Positions 1 to 9,192 of a DNA stretch of 64,000 bases are shown in pieces. The stretch is from Bdellovibrionota bacterium (GTDB taxonomy: Bacteria; Bdellovibrionota_C; UBA2361; JBIKUX01). The stretch covers positions 1-64,000 of the forward strand of contig JBIKUX010000010.1 of NCBI GenBank assembly GCA_044347345.1, in the 5' to 3' direction. The position numbers and the translations under genes were made by a program. Position 1 is the first letter of the stretch. Every line of letters begins with the position of its first letter. The notes under the pieces are model-generated. The model saw only the letters and a list, made by a program, of their open reading frames with translations, was not told the origin of the DNA and searched no databases.

Positions 1-103
1 AGCTCACATTTACACCGATGTTAGGTGTTTTACTTCACCCGCTTCGCGGTTAATAAAAACACCTCCCGCAAGGGAACGCGCTACCAGTCTGCGCCACAGC
101 CCA
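1..103 (-). tRNA. 5' half of a tRNA-like gene interrupted by a structured insert (possible group I intron); truncated by the window edge
   Basis: Minus strand from 103 reads TGGGCTG TG GCGC AGACTGGTA GCGC G TTCCC TT (acceptor 5' strand, D-arm, anticodon-stem 5' strand). No 7-nt anticodon loop, T-arm or 3' acceptor follows; a long hairpin (23-64) appears instead. Confidence 0.5.
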
Positions 104-521
104 CTACTATTTGCTTCTAGCAATATTTAAAAGCACATGTTTACCTTGCGCTTTTGGCGTTCAATCTGTCGCTTATAGTTTTCTTACTCATACTTGTAAG
201 TTACTTGTACTTTTTTAAGTACTTTCACTCTTAGCTATTATTTACACTTAGCTAGATATGTTAGTCGCAGATATTAATTACTCAAGTTAACACTTTACTT
301 ACTAGCTTTTATTTTCTAGTTGATTTAAATCAAACACCCTAAAAAGGTATCAAATATACTCTTGCCCTGCAATTGGCCTCCGCTCTCAGCAAGCGTATTC
401 TTTTTGCGATAAATTAGGTCAGCTTACAAAAAAGCGAGAGAATAAATGATAGGATTGATCTGTTAAAGTAGTTGGAACTATTTTACAGTTCGTGATAGTT
501 ACTCAGTACTAGAGTTTGTAT

Positions 522-594
522 GGGCCTGTAGCTCAGCTGGGAGAGCGCTACACTGGCAGTGTCGAGGTCGGCGGTTCGAGCCCGCCCAGGTCCA
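522..594 (+). tRNA. tRNA-Ala (GGC)
   Basis: Cloverleaf GGGCCTG/CAGGTCC with G3.U70, D-arm GCTC..GAGC, anticodon GGC, T-arm GGCGG TTCGAGC CCGCC, discriminator A. CCA is not encoded. Confidence 0.95.
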
Positions 595-603
595 TTTCCC
601 CCG

Positions 604-761
604 CTCCATTTTTCCCGCTCGGCGCTTTTAGGCTCAGGGGGCTAGTCGCCCCCTTTCGCCGCTAGTCGCGGCTTCACCACCAGAGATTTGACCCACCAGT
701 GATTTAATCTGGATGGTTTGAATCCGATGTTAGTTAACTCCATTTTTCCCGCTGGGCGCTT
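604..761 (+). repeat. 24-bp direct repeat CTCCATTTTTCCCGCTSGGCGCTT (604-627 and 738-761) downstream of tRNA-Ala
   Basis: Two copies with one mismatch, plus a shorter variant TCCATTTCCCCCGC at 591-604 overlapping the tRNA 3' end. Confidence 0.8.
636..674 (+). terminator. Tandem GC-rich hairpins after tRNA-Ala, likely terminator
   Basis: AGGGGGC-TAGTC-GCCCCCT-TT followed by GCCGC-TAGTC-GCGGC-TT; U-tracts are short. Confidence 0.5.
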
Positions 762-883
762 CTGGTCTTCCGCCTAAGCTCTAAAGCTGTGTAAGAGTTT
801 TTTGCTAATGCCCTGTATAATCACTGTGCAGACTCTCTGCAAAGTGAATTTTTACTCTAAATTTTTAATTCTAGGCGTGTTAA

Positions 884-1666
884 TTAGGTATTCTTTCCTT
901 TATTAGATATATTTTCTATTTCCCACAACTTTATATATTTTAAAAATACATAGTACGCCTCTAGCATTGAAACTATTAGCCCGGGAAAGCCCTCCAAAAA
1001 ACCTTTCTTAAGAATAAAGCACTTTAAAAATCTCGCGCTCGGATTAATTACCATGCGAATAGTGCTAAACCTTTCTCCATCTTGCGCCATTGAGGCTGCT
1101 GTTTGAGAAGAGTATGAATTAAGTGTTCGTATCTGATGTGAAATATCTGCATAGGTATAATGAAATAACTCTCCTGAAATACGAGTAGTTGACCCCTTAA
1201 CAATAGCTTTCTCGTGAGGGTCTCTTCCGCCCCATGTGGTACGAGTTCGTCTACATATTCGCAAACGATATTCAGGATACCAACATCCCTTGCGCCACCA
1301 TTTGTTTAAAAAATAAACTACTCGTGAAAGTAAGTAACCATCAAAAACTCCACTATCATTAGCAAGCATCTCTTGAATGTTTTTAGCTAATTCAGGTGAT
1401 ACTTCCTCGTCAGCGTCCAAATTTAACACCCACTCCATTTGGCATTGCTCAAGACCAAATCGCTTCTGAGCCACGTAGCCTGGCCATGGGCGCTCGAAAA
1501 TGCGAGCACTGTATTTCTTGCAAATATCTAAGGTGCCATCAGTAGAGCCACTATCTACCACGACAATCTCATCACACCATGAAACACTTTTTAGGCATCT
1601 CTCAATTTGATGCTCCTCATTCATACACACAATAAACGCACTTATAGTCGAACGTGGTAGAGCCAT
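884..1666 (-). CDS. Glycosyltransferase family 2 (LPS core beta-1,4-glucosyltransferase WaaE/KdtX-like)
   Basis: VVVDSGSTDGT, WVLNLDADE (DxD), PHE and C-terminal KKGFLEGFPG motifs. Confidence 0.88.
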   Translation of the reverse strand: MALPRSTISAFIVCMNEEHQIERCLKSVSWCDEIVVVDSGSTDGTLDICKKYSARIFERPWPGYVAQKRFGLEQCQMEWVLNLDADEEVSPELAKNIQEMLANDSGVFDGYLLSRVVYFLNKWWRKGCWYPEYRLRICRRTRTTWGGRDPHEKAIVKGSTTRISGELFHYTYADISHQIRTLNSYSSQTAASMAQDGERFSTIRMVINPSARFLKCFILKKGFLEGFPGLIVSMLEAYYVFLKYIKLWEIENISNKGKNT

Positions 1667-1793
1667 AGGGAAACTTTCTGCTAAGTCAGGTGTTATCTAA
1701 CGAAGGAGGTGACTCTTAAACCCAACCTCGGTACATTGAGTTCTAAGAATAACAGAGCCTCAGTTTAGCGGTTTGTTTTTATAATACCTACAT

Positions 1794-3614
1794 ATGAATA
1801 TTTTAGGAATCTCTGCCTTCTATCATGATAGTGCCGCCTGTTTGGTTCGAAATGGGGAGCTTGTTGCTGCAGCTCAGGAGGAACGTTTCACTCGAAAAAA
1901 GCATGATTTTAACTTTCCACGTAATGCTTCTTTTTACTGTCTCAAGTCTCAGGGATTAACAGTCTCCGACCTTGATTATGTCGTTTTTTATGATAAACCA
2001 CTTTTAAAGTTTGAGCGCCTGCTTGAAACTTATCTTGCCACAGCCCCGAAGGGTTTAGTCTCTTACGCCAAGGCATTACCTCTATGGCTTAAGCACAAAC
2101 TTTGGATCCCTGACACCATTAAGGCAGAGCTTGAGTATACTGGTGAAGTCTTATTTACAGAACATCACCAGAGTCACGCGGCAAGCGCTTTTTATCCTTC
2201 ACCATTTAAGGAAGCCGCTATTTTAACTATCGATGGAGTAGGAGAGTGGACTACCAACAGCATGGCTGTAGGCAAAGATAACCACTTTCATATTATGAAG
2301 GAGCTGCATTTCCCTCACTCCCTCGGACTTCTCTATTCAGCGTTTACCTATTTTACTGGCTTCAAAGTAAATAGCGGAGAATATAAAGTTATGGGCTTAG
2401 CTCCATACGGCAAGCCAATATACACTCAACGAATTTTTGACAATCTGATTGACTTAAAGACTGATGGATCTTTCCAGCTTAATCTTGATTATTTCAATTA
2501 TATGTCAGGGTTAAAAATGACTAATGATTTGTTTGGCGATTTATTTGATGGCCCTCGTAGAAAACCAGAGAGCCCTCTGACTCAGCGCGAGATGGATCTT
2601 GCTCGGTCAATTCAAGAGGTAATTGAAGAGTGCATGTTGCGGCAAGCAAGTTATATACATAATGAAACGGGCCTTAAATCGTTATGTTTAGCGGGGGGAG
2701 TAGCACTTAACTGCGTTGGAAATGGTAGATTACTTCGAGAAGGTCCCTTTGATAATATTTGGGTTCAACCTGCGGCTGGAGACGCTGGTGGCGCTCTTGG
2801 AGCGGCTCTGTGTGTTTGGTATGGACTACTGAAAAAAGAGAGAGTCGTTACTCAAAACAAAGACAGTCAAAAACAATCTCTTCTTGGCCCCGAATTTTCC
2901 AATGAAGAGACCTTGGCTCGATTAGAATGTTACGAGCCTAAGTATCAATGTTTAGAAGGTGACGAACTTTTCAGAAGGGTAGCCACGTTACTTGCAAGTG
3001 AAAAAGTCGTTGGATGGTTTCAAGGACGAATGGAATTTGGGCCTCGAGCTTTAGGTAATAGGAGTATTTTAGGGGATCCTCGCTCTGTCTCTATGCAAAG
3101 TACTATGAATCTCAAAATTAAATTTAGAGAATCTTTTCGTCCATTTGCTCCAGCCGTGCTGAGAGAGCGAGTGAGCGAATATTTTGAGCTAGATGCCGAT
3201 TCTCCGTATATGCTTCTAGTGGCCTCAGTTACAGCGGATAAAAGACGCGTATTAAGTGATGAAGAAACTAAATTATTTGGTATTGATCTCTTAAATATTC
3301 CAAAATCTACCATACCGGCCGTTACGCATGTTGACTATTCAGCTCGAATTCAGACTGTGGCTAAGGATGCTCATCCTAAATTTTATAAATTATTGGCCGC
3401 ATTTGAGGAGTTAACGGGATGTGCGGTTTTAGTGAACACAAGTTTTAATGTTCGTGGTGAGCCAATAGTATGTACGCCTGAAGATGCTTATGCGTGCTTT
3501 ATGCGTACTGAGATGGATGTTTTAGTCATAAATGATTTGATATTTTTAAAAGAGGAGCAACCAAAGTGGTCAGAGAAGCGCGAGGATTGGCTAAAGATGC
3601 ACGAACTAGATTAG
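1794..3614 (+). CDS. O-carbamoyltransferase (NodU/CmcH/SxtI family)
   Basis: ILGISAFYHDSAA, EERFTRKKHD, EHHQSHAAS, EFGPRALGNRS, KFRESFRPFAP, NTSFNVRGEPIV. Confidence 0.95.
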   Translation: MNILGISAFYHDSAACLVRNGELVAAAQEERFTRKKHDFNFPRNASFYCLKSQGLTVSDLDYVVFYDKPLLKFERLLETYLATAPKGLVSYAKALPLWLKHKLWIPDTIKAELEYTGEVLFTEHHQSHAASAFYPSPFKEAAILTIDGVGEWTTNSMAVGKDNHFHIMKELHFPHSLGLLYSAFTYFTGFKVNSGEYKVMGLAPYGKPIYTQRIFDNLIDLKTDGSFQLNLDYFNYMSGLKMTNDLFGDLFDGPRRKPESPLTQREMDLARSIQEVIEECMLRQASYIHNETGLKSLCLAGGVALNCVGNGRLLREGPFDNIWVQPAAGDAGGALGAALCVWYGLLKKERVVTQNKDSQKQSLLGPEFSNEETLARLECYEPKYQCLEGDELFRRVATLLASEKVVGWFQGRMEFGPRALGNRSILGDPRSVSMQSTMNLKIKFRESFRPFAPAVLRERVSEYFELDADSPYMLLVASVTADKRRVLSDEETKLFGIDLLNIPKSTIPAVTHVDYSARIQTVAKDAHPKFYKLLAAFEELTGCAVLVNTSFNVRGEPIVCTPEDAYACFMRTEMDVLVINDLIFLKEEQPKWSEKREDWLKMHELD

Positions 3615-4087
3615 TTAAGGTCGTTACATCGGGGGTACCGGTTCGTACGGATCCAGATTTATCAAATCCACTTCAGGAGAGATTTGCGGGTAAGCTTGTA
3701 AAGTACCACTTGCAAAGTTTTGCCAATATGTGGGCTGGTATAGCCCTGATAGTGAGCGGGTATTTATTACTTTTTAAGGGGAGTAAGACTTTATCTTTTT
3801 TGATAACTTTAACAGCCATCGCGATATTTATTATAGGTAGAAAGCGTCCCCAAATCTTCTTACCTTGGTGGCGAGCATGGATGCTGCTTGCCAAGATTTT
3901 AAGTTCTATAACCACCCCGTTACTTTTATCCGCAGTGTGGTTAGTTATAGTAATACCAATAGCATTGCTGCTAAAGCTGTTCGGTATTTCAAGAGTGTCA
4001 ACTCAATTTAAAGGAAATTCATCGACTTATTGGAAAGTTCGTGATGCTCAGTCACAGGAATTTGCTCGTTTATATAAACAGTATTAA
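3566..4087 (+). CDS. SxtJ-like membrane protein (start uncertain)
   Basis: TM helices, W..AWM.LA..L and C-terminal STYW...KQY; directly follows an SxtI-type carbamoyltransferase. Confidence 0.7.
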   Translation: MVREARGLAKDARTRLVKVVTSGVPVRTDPDLSNPLQERFAGKLVKYHLQSFANMWAGIALIVSGYLLLFKGSKTLSFLITLTAIAIFIIGRKRPQIFLPWWRAWMLLAKILSSITTPLLLSAVWLVIVIPIALLLKLFGISRVSTQFKGNSSTYWKVRDAQSQEFARLYKQY

Positions 4088-4282
4088 TAATTACTGTGAT
4101 ATCAAGGAGTTAGTAATTAATTTATAGATTTAGAATCTCACTAAGTCTAAAGAATAACTTTGTTGCTTCCGACCTCTTTATTTGAATCGTCAGTTATGAC
4201 CGGTAATTACAAACTGCCCTTCAACTAGTAGTTAGTCTTAGGAAGGGTTAGTAGTATCTAGTCAGAAGTAGAGTTATATTCG

Positions 4283-5170
4283 ATGCAATATTCCTTTAAT
4301 ATTCTAACAGTAGGTCCGGTAGGCAGTCCTCTTGAAGATTTGCACATTTTTTGTATCAAATCGAAGACTATTAGGTTTGTTAGTCATGTTGAGTCGATCT
4401 CGCAAGCTTTAAAAAAACTTAATTATTCAGCTCAAATCCACATAGTCATCTGTGATTTAAGATATTCTTTGAAAGATCTTCAGTATTTTTTCCGCGCTAC
4501 TTCAGAGACTCTATACGGGGGATATTGCTGTTATTTTGGTTTGTTGCATTACACTGATGACGAAGTAAGCGATGATTTAAAGGTGCGATTACCGTTTCAT
4601 GGGTTTTTATCATCTCCTTTTAATAAAGAATCGAAGTCTGATTTAGAGATACTGGTGGATAATGCTAGAAAAATCCTACAAGATAAACCAGTAATACAGT
4701 GGTTAGAAAGTGTAGCTGAAAGGCTTTTAGTTCAAGTTGATATTTTAGTTGAGCTAAAGAAAGCGGGATATTATCGCGAAAATTTTGATAATGATTTACT
4801 GTCCATTAGTAAACGAATTCGGGGATTGCATCCACGTTTCTTATTGAAGTGGGAAGAGATTTTACTTGCTTTTGCTGAAGAAAAGGAAAAAAGCAATGTA
4901 CCAGTTGTAGATAAACATTATACTGAAGCCAGTAGTAGTGTAGCCAAGATAATTACTGAAAAAAACGCACTAGTATCCAAGGAGTCCTCGCAATTTCAGA
5001 ATCAAAATTTTACCTCATCTGATAGTAGTGAATTTCAGAACAGCGAAATTTTACCTGATTTTGATGAATTTCCTATGCCTACGCATCCCAGTTTAAAACC
5101 CAGTAATAGCTCCAATGGCGGTAGACCAATGTTGCGGAGCATTATGAATAAGACTCGTTCAGACATCTAG
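4283..5170 (+). CDS. Hypothetical protein with divergent N-terminal receiver-like domain
   Basis: 295-aa ORF; HIVICDL resembles the receiver beta3-Asp; low-complexity C-terminus. Confidence 0.55.
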   Translation: MQYSFNILTVGPVGSPLEDLHIFCIKSKTIRFVSHVESISQALKKLNYSAQIHIVICDLRYSLKDLQYFFRATSETLYGGYCCYFGLLHYTDDEVSDDLKVRLPFHGFLSSPFNKESKSDLEILVDNARKILQDKPVIQWLESVAERLLVQVDILVELKKAGYYRENFDNDLLSISKRIRGLHPRFLLKWEEILLAFAEEKEKSNVPVVDKHYTEASSSVAKIITEKNALVSKESSQFQNQNFTSSDSSEFQNSEILPDFDEFPMPTHPSLKPSNSSNGGRPMLRSIMNKTRSDI

Positions 5171-5192
5171 TTTAATTGATCGTAATTATTTC

Positions 5193-5555
5193 TCAGGTTA
5201 TTTTTATGTTGTTAGCATAATTAAGAGCGGAGATGATTTCCGAGATAATTTTTCTCCGCTCTAACTCTGAAAGCTTTGATACGTAAAGTAAAGCTGAATA
5301 ACAAAAGCGTCTTTCTTCGCTAGATTGACAACCTTCAACTAATTTTGCAATCTGCTCTGATTGTATTCCGGGCAGCATTGCGCGCAAAAGTTCATCTGGC
5401 TTCTTCCTCCTAGATGTATACTCAGAAATTAATAGAGTAGCCGTCAGTGTGACGTGACAAGCTCGTTCAATCAATTCAGAACTGGTCTTTGTTTTTTGCT
5501 TTAATAAAAGCAAGGCGTCCTTGCTAGTTCGTTCTATTTTATCAATACCTTTCAT
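5193..5555 (-). CDS. Hypothetical protein
   Basis: 120-aa ORF filling the gap, co-oriented with aat. Confidence 0.6.
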   Translation of the reverse strand: MKGIDKIERTSKDALLLLKQKTKTSSELIERACHVTLTATLLISEYTSRRKKPDELLRAMLPGIQSEQIAKLVEGCQSSEERRFCYSALLYVSKLSELERRKIISEIISALNYANNIKIT

Positions 5556-5648
5556 AAGGGAGTAAGATTCAAATGAACCTGATTTCCAGTTTTTTGTTGC
5601 ACAGAATATAACTGCTTTAAAAGTAAGCTATAACTAGCAATACAAATT

Positions 5649-6290
5649 TTATGACAGAGATTCAGCTAGAATAGTCATAAATTCCGCTCTATTAATCACT
5701 ACCGCACCAAATTGTGCAACTAGAGGGGTCATCATTTGGCAATCAATAAATAAACAATTTTGTGCTCTTAGGTACTCAATTAAAAATGCAAAGGCTACTT
5801 TTGAACCATTTGGTACTGAATAAAACATAGATTCTCCAGCAAACATCCTTCCAATTTTAACACCGTATAGGCCACCAGCTAATTCCTGATTTGGTGGTAA
5901 CATTGTAGCAAAAGTATGTACGATTCTCAGATGGTGCAGGTGATAGTATGCAGATATAATGTTAGAAGTTATCCAAGTTGATGTTTGACCCGGACGAACT
6001 GCTCTTTGACATCCAAAAAGTACTTCTAAGGGTCTCTCGTTGTGTAAATAAGTCCATGGTTGTCGTCTTTGTGCCTTACGAACAGACCGGGGAATTTGAG
6101 CAAGTTTCAGTGGAATTATGGCTCGTTGCGGAGGAGCAAACCAAGCAAGGGTACCATCTGATAAGGGCCAGGGGAAGATTCCAGATTTATAAGCATGGAG
6201 GAGTATTTTCTCAGAAAGATCCCCACCTATAGCTAACAATCCGGAGGATGGATGGGCATGGTCAATCGGTGGAAAGTATGAATTATCCAT
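5649..6290 (-). CDS. aat: Leucyl/phenylalanyl-tRNA--protein transferase
   Basis: GLLAIGGDL, AY..GIFPW, TWI, GGLYGV.IG..FAGESMF, SKVA, IDCQ; next to clpSA. Confidence 0.95.
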   Translation of the reverse strand: MDNSYFPPIDHAHPSSGLLAIGGDLSEKILLHAYKSGIFPWPLSDGTLAWFAPPQRAIIPLKLAQIPRSVRKAQRRQPWTYLHNERPLEVLFGCQRAVRPGQTSTWITSNIISAYYHLHHLRIVHTFATMLPPNQELAGGLYGVKIGRMFAGESMFYSVPNGSKVAFAFLIEYLRAQNCLFIDCQMMTPLVAQFGAVVINRAEFMTILAESLS

Positions 6291-6386
6291 ATTTTTATAT
6301 TCTGAAGGAGCTCTTTTTTCTAAAAAAAGTTTATGAGCGCTAAAAAATTATCTGACAGATTTATATTGGTGCTATTTACTGATGGC

Positions 6387-6737
6387 ATGTCACATCGAGA
6401 TTTTAAGTTAAATTGCTCTGACCACCAAAGAAGTGATGATTCTGAAGTAATAATCTCAGAACGAACTAGCAATGCTCGACCTAAATTACCTCCCCAATAT
6501 AAAGTTATACTCCTTAATGATGATTACACATCCATGGATTTTGTAGTCACTATTTTGGAGTTAATTTTTGGTAAATCTCCATCTGAAGCCGTTAAAATTA
6601 TGCATCTTGTACATGTATCTGGACGAGGAATCGCAGGAGTTTATGCAAAGGAAATTGCTGAGGCGAAATTATCACAGGTACATAAGCGAGCTAGAGCGGC
6701 ATCTTTCCCGCTCAGAGGCATACTAGAGGAGGAGTAA
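6387..6737 (+). CDS. clpS: ATP-dependent Clp protease adaptor ClpS (ORF open from 6333)
   Basis: PPQYKVILLNDDYTSMDFVV, IM..VH..G.GIAGVY..EIAE.K, FPL. Confidence 0.95.
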   Translation: MSHRDFKLNCSDHQRSDDSEVIISERTSNARPKLPPQYKVILLNDDYTSMDFVVTILELIFGKSPSEAVKIMHLVHVSGRGIAGVYAKEIAEAKLSQVHKRARAASFPLRGILEEE

Positions 6738-9044
6738 ATGTTAAGCGTAGAGGCTGGCCATTACTTACAAGCGGCATATCGAGAAGCTGTTGTCCGGCAG
6801 CATGAGTTTTTTACAACAGAGCATCTGTTTCTAGCTCTTCTCTCACACGATAGGGTAGCAGAAGTGATAGAGGCATGTGGTGGCGTACTAGCTGATCTGC
6901 GGGCTAATATACAAGAATATTTGAAGGCAAAAAATGATATTCGCAGTGATAATGCTGACGTTGCGCCCGAACAAACTCCAGCCTTACAGCGAGTTATTCA
7001 AAGAGCTTTTATTCACGTTAATTCAGCTCAAAAGAGTGCCATTGAAGTTATAGATCTATTGGTGGCTCTCGCTGGTGAAGATGAGTGTTATTCAGTAATA
7101 CTACTGCATAGTTTTGAAATAACTCGTCTAGATATAATACATTTCTTATCGCATGGAGTCCGGCACAATATTAGTGCGACAGATGAGGAAGTAAAAGTTG
7201 TCCAAGAGGAAAAATTAGAAAGTAGTGTTGGGAATAAAGTAAAAAGTAGTACAAAAAAATCATTTCTGGGACAATTTGCCGATAATTTATGTGAAAGAGC
7301 TAAACTACAAGAGTTTGATCGGTGTGTTGGGCGAGACGAGGAAATCACTCGATTAATTCGTATATTAGCGAGACGCCGAAAATATAATCCTCTTCTTCTT
7401 GGAGATCCGGGAGTAGGAAAAACGGCACTCATTAATGGTTTAGCTCAGCGTATAGTAGAGGGGGCGGTTCCTGAAATTTTGAAAAAGGCTCAAATGTTCT
7501 CTATTTCTGCCGGTGGAATAGTAGCAGGGACAAGATACCGAGGTGATTTTGAAGAACGAATGCGTGGTATTTTGAAGGAACTAGAGGAGTTTTCTTTAGG
7601 TATCCTCGTCATTGATGAAATACATACTATAGTAGGTTCTGGAGCCACGGGTGCCAGTTCGCTTGATATTGCTAATATGCTTAAAACACCTCTCTCTCAA
7701 GGTAGAGTTCGTATTATAGGTAGCACTACTTTTGAAGAGTATAAAAAAACTGTAGAAAAAGACCGAGCATTAAGTAGAAGATTTTCGACCTTAGAAATTA
7801 AAGAACCATCTTCTGAGCTTACTTTGCAGATATTAGAATCAATCAAAGATCAGCTTGAGGCTCATCATAACGTCAGATATACCCAGTCTGCTCTTGATGC
7901 GGCTATTTTACTTTCTGTACGTCATTTAGCTGATAGTATGCTTCCCGATAAAGCTATTGATGTACTCGATGAAGCCGGCTCGTTTATTCAATTGTTAAGA
8001 CAAAAAAAAGTAGCATTGGATACTGACTCGGAAGTTATCGTTGATGAAGGTCAAATTGCCGAAGTCGTTTCGATAATGACCAGAGTGCCTATTCATGAAA
8101 TTAGAGGTAGCTCTTCAGATGAACAGATTTCATCACTTAAGTCTCTTGATAAACAGCTTGCTGAGGTAATTTTTGGACAAGAAGACGGCATTAATTCTGT
8201 TGTGCGTGCTGTAAAAAGAAGTAGAGCTAACCTTGCTCAACACGAGCGACCAGTTGGATGTTTTTTGTTTGCTGGCCCCACCGGAGTTGGCAAAACAGAG
8301 CTTGCTCGGTCACTGGCCAAAAAGCTAGGAATTTATTTCCATCGATTTGATATGTCTGAGTATATGGAGAAACACTCTGTTGCACGTTTAGTAGGAGCTC
8401 CCCCTGGTTACGTCGGATATGAAGAGGGAGGACTTTTAACCGACATTGTGCGAAAAAATCCAAACTCGGTGGTTCTTTTAGATGAAATTGAAAAAGCTCA
8501 CTATGATATTTATAATTTACTCCTTCAAATAATGGATGCCGCTCGACTTACTGATAGTCATGGCAAGACTGCAGATTTTCGTCATGTTATTTTAATTATG
8601 ACAACTAATGCTGGTTCAGAGAAAGCAAGCGCGCTAGGTTTTGGCTTTAATAATAATCGCGCTACTAGAGACCAACGTGAAAAAGCAATTAAAGATCTAT
8701 TTCGGCCTGAGTTTCGTAATAGATTGGATGAGATAATTTACTTCAATTCGCTATCGATCAGAGACATAGAACGGATCGTGGATAAGCATATTGAACTTTT
8801 AAAGGCTCAGCTAGCTGAAAGTAAGGTGTCGATTGATGTTACTCATTCAGCAAGGCTTTGGTTGGCAGAGAGGGGATTTGATGAATTTCTAGGAGCAAGA
8901 CCTATGGCTAGAACCATCCAGCGTGAGATAAATGATATTTTAGCAGATGCGATTCTTTTTGGTGCTCTATCAAATGGGGGTGACGTATCGATTAGTGTTA
9001 TTGGTAATAATCTTCATTTTGATTTTACAAGTACTAACGCTTAG
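6738..9044 (+). CDS. clpA: ATP-dependent Clp protease ATP-binding subunit ClpA
   Basis: Clp-N domain, two AAA+ modules (GDPGVGKT, GPTGVGKT), 768 aa without the ClpB middle coil, adjacent to clpS. Confidence 0.95.
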   Translation: MLSVEAGHYLQAAYREAVVRQHEFFTTEHLFLALLSHDRVAEVIEACGGVLADLRANIQEYLKAKNDIRSDNADVAPEQTPALQRVIQRAFIHVNSAQKSAIEVIDLLVALAGEDECYSVILLHSFEITRLDIIHFLSHGVRHNISATDEEVKVVQEEKLESSVGNKVKSSTKKSFLGQFADNLCERAKLQEFDRCVGRDEEITRLIRILARRRKYNPLLLGDPGVGKTALINGLAQRIVEGAVPEILKKAQMFSISAGGIVAGTRYRGDFEERMRGILKELEEFSLGILVIDEIHTIVGSGATGASSLDIANMLKTPLSQGRVRIIGSTTFEEYKKTVEKDRALSRRFSTLEIKEPSSELTLQILESIKDQLEAHHNVRYTQSALDAAILLSVRHLADSMLPDKAIDVLDEAGSFIQLLRQKKVALDTDSEVIVDEGQIAEVVSIMTRVPIHEIRGSSSDEQISSLKSLDKQLAEVIFGQEDGINSVVRAVKRSRANLAQHERPVGCFLFAGPTGVGKTELARSLAKKLGIYFHRFDMSEYMEKHSVARLVGAPPGYVGYEEGGLLTDIVRKNPNSVVLLDEIEKAHYDIYNLLLQIMDAARLTDSHGKTADFRHVILIMTTNAGSEKASALGFGFNNNRATRDQREKAIKDLFRPEFRNRLDEIIYFNSLSIRDIERIVDKHIELLKAQLAESKVSIDVTHSARLWLAERGFDEFLGARPMARTIQREINDILADAILFGALSNGGDVSISVIGNNLHFDFTSTNA

Positions 9045-9192
9045 AAAACCGGATTGAATTTAAATTATCCTAAATGGTGTGTGTGGCGTTAAGTTAAATA
9101 GTTTATCGTATTTTAAATTTTAAGTAGTGCAGATAAAATTTAAAGTTAAGTTTATTTTAAATAATAGTGCTGTCTAATTAGGGGTTCGGATC

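Noticed and set aside
1-103. tmRNA 5' end
   Set aside because: It has a full tRNA D-stem (GCGC/GCGC), which tmRNA lacks, and no GGATTCGAC motif.
170-330. T-rich TTACTT-like low-complexity tract
   Set aside because: No regular period; consistent with an AT-rich intergenic region between divergent tRNA promoters.
591-761. Possible mini-CRISPR or active integrative element at the tRNA
   Set aside because: Only two full repeats about 110 bp apart, and no integrase nearby.
1794-4087. Saxitoxin biosynthesis cluster
   Set aside because: No sxtA, sxtG or other core genes; SxtI/J-like pairs are widespread.
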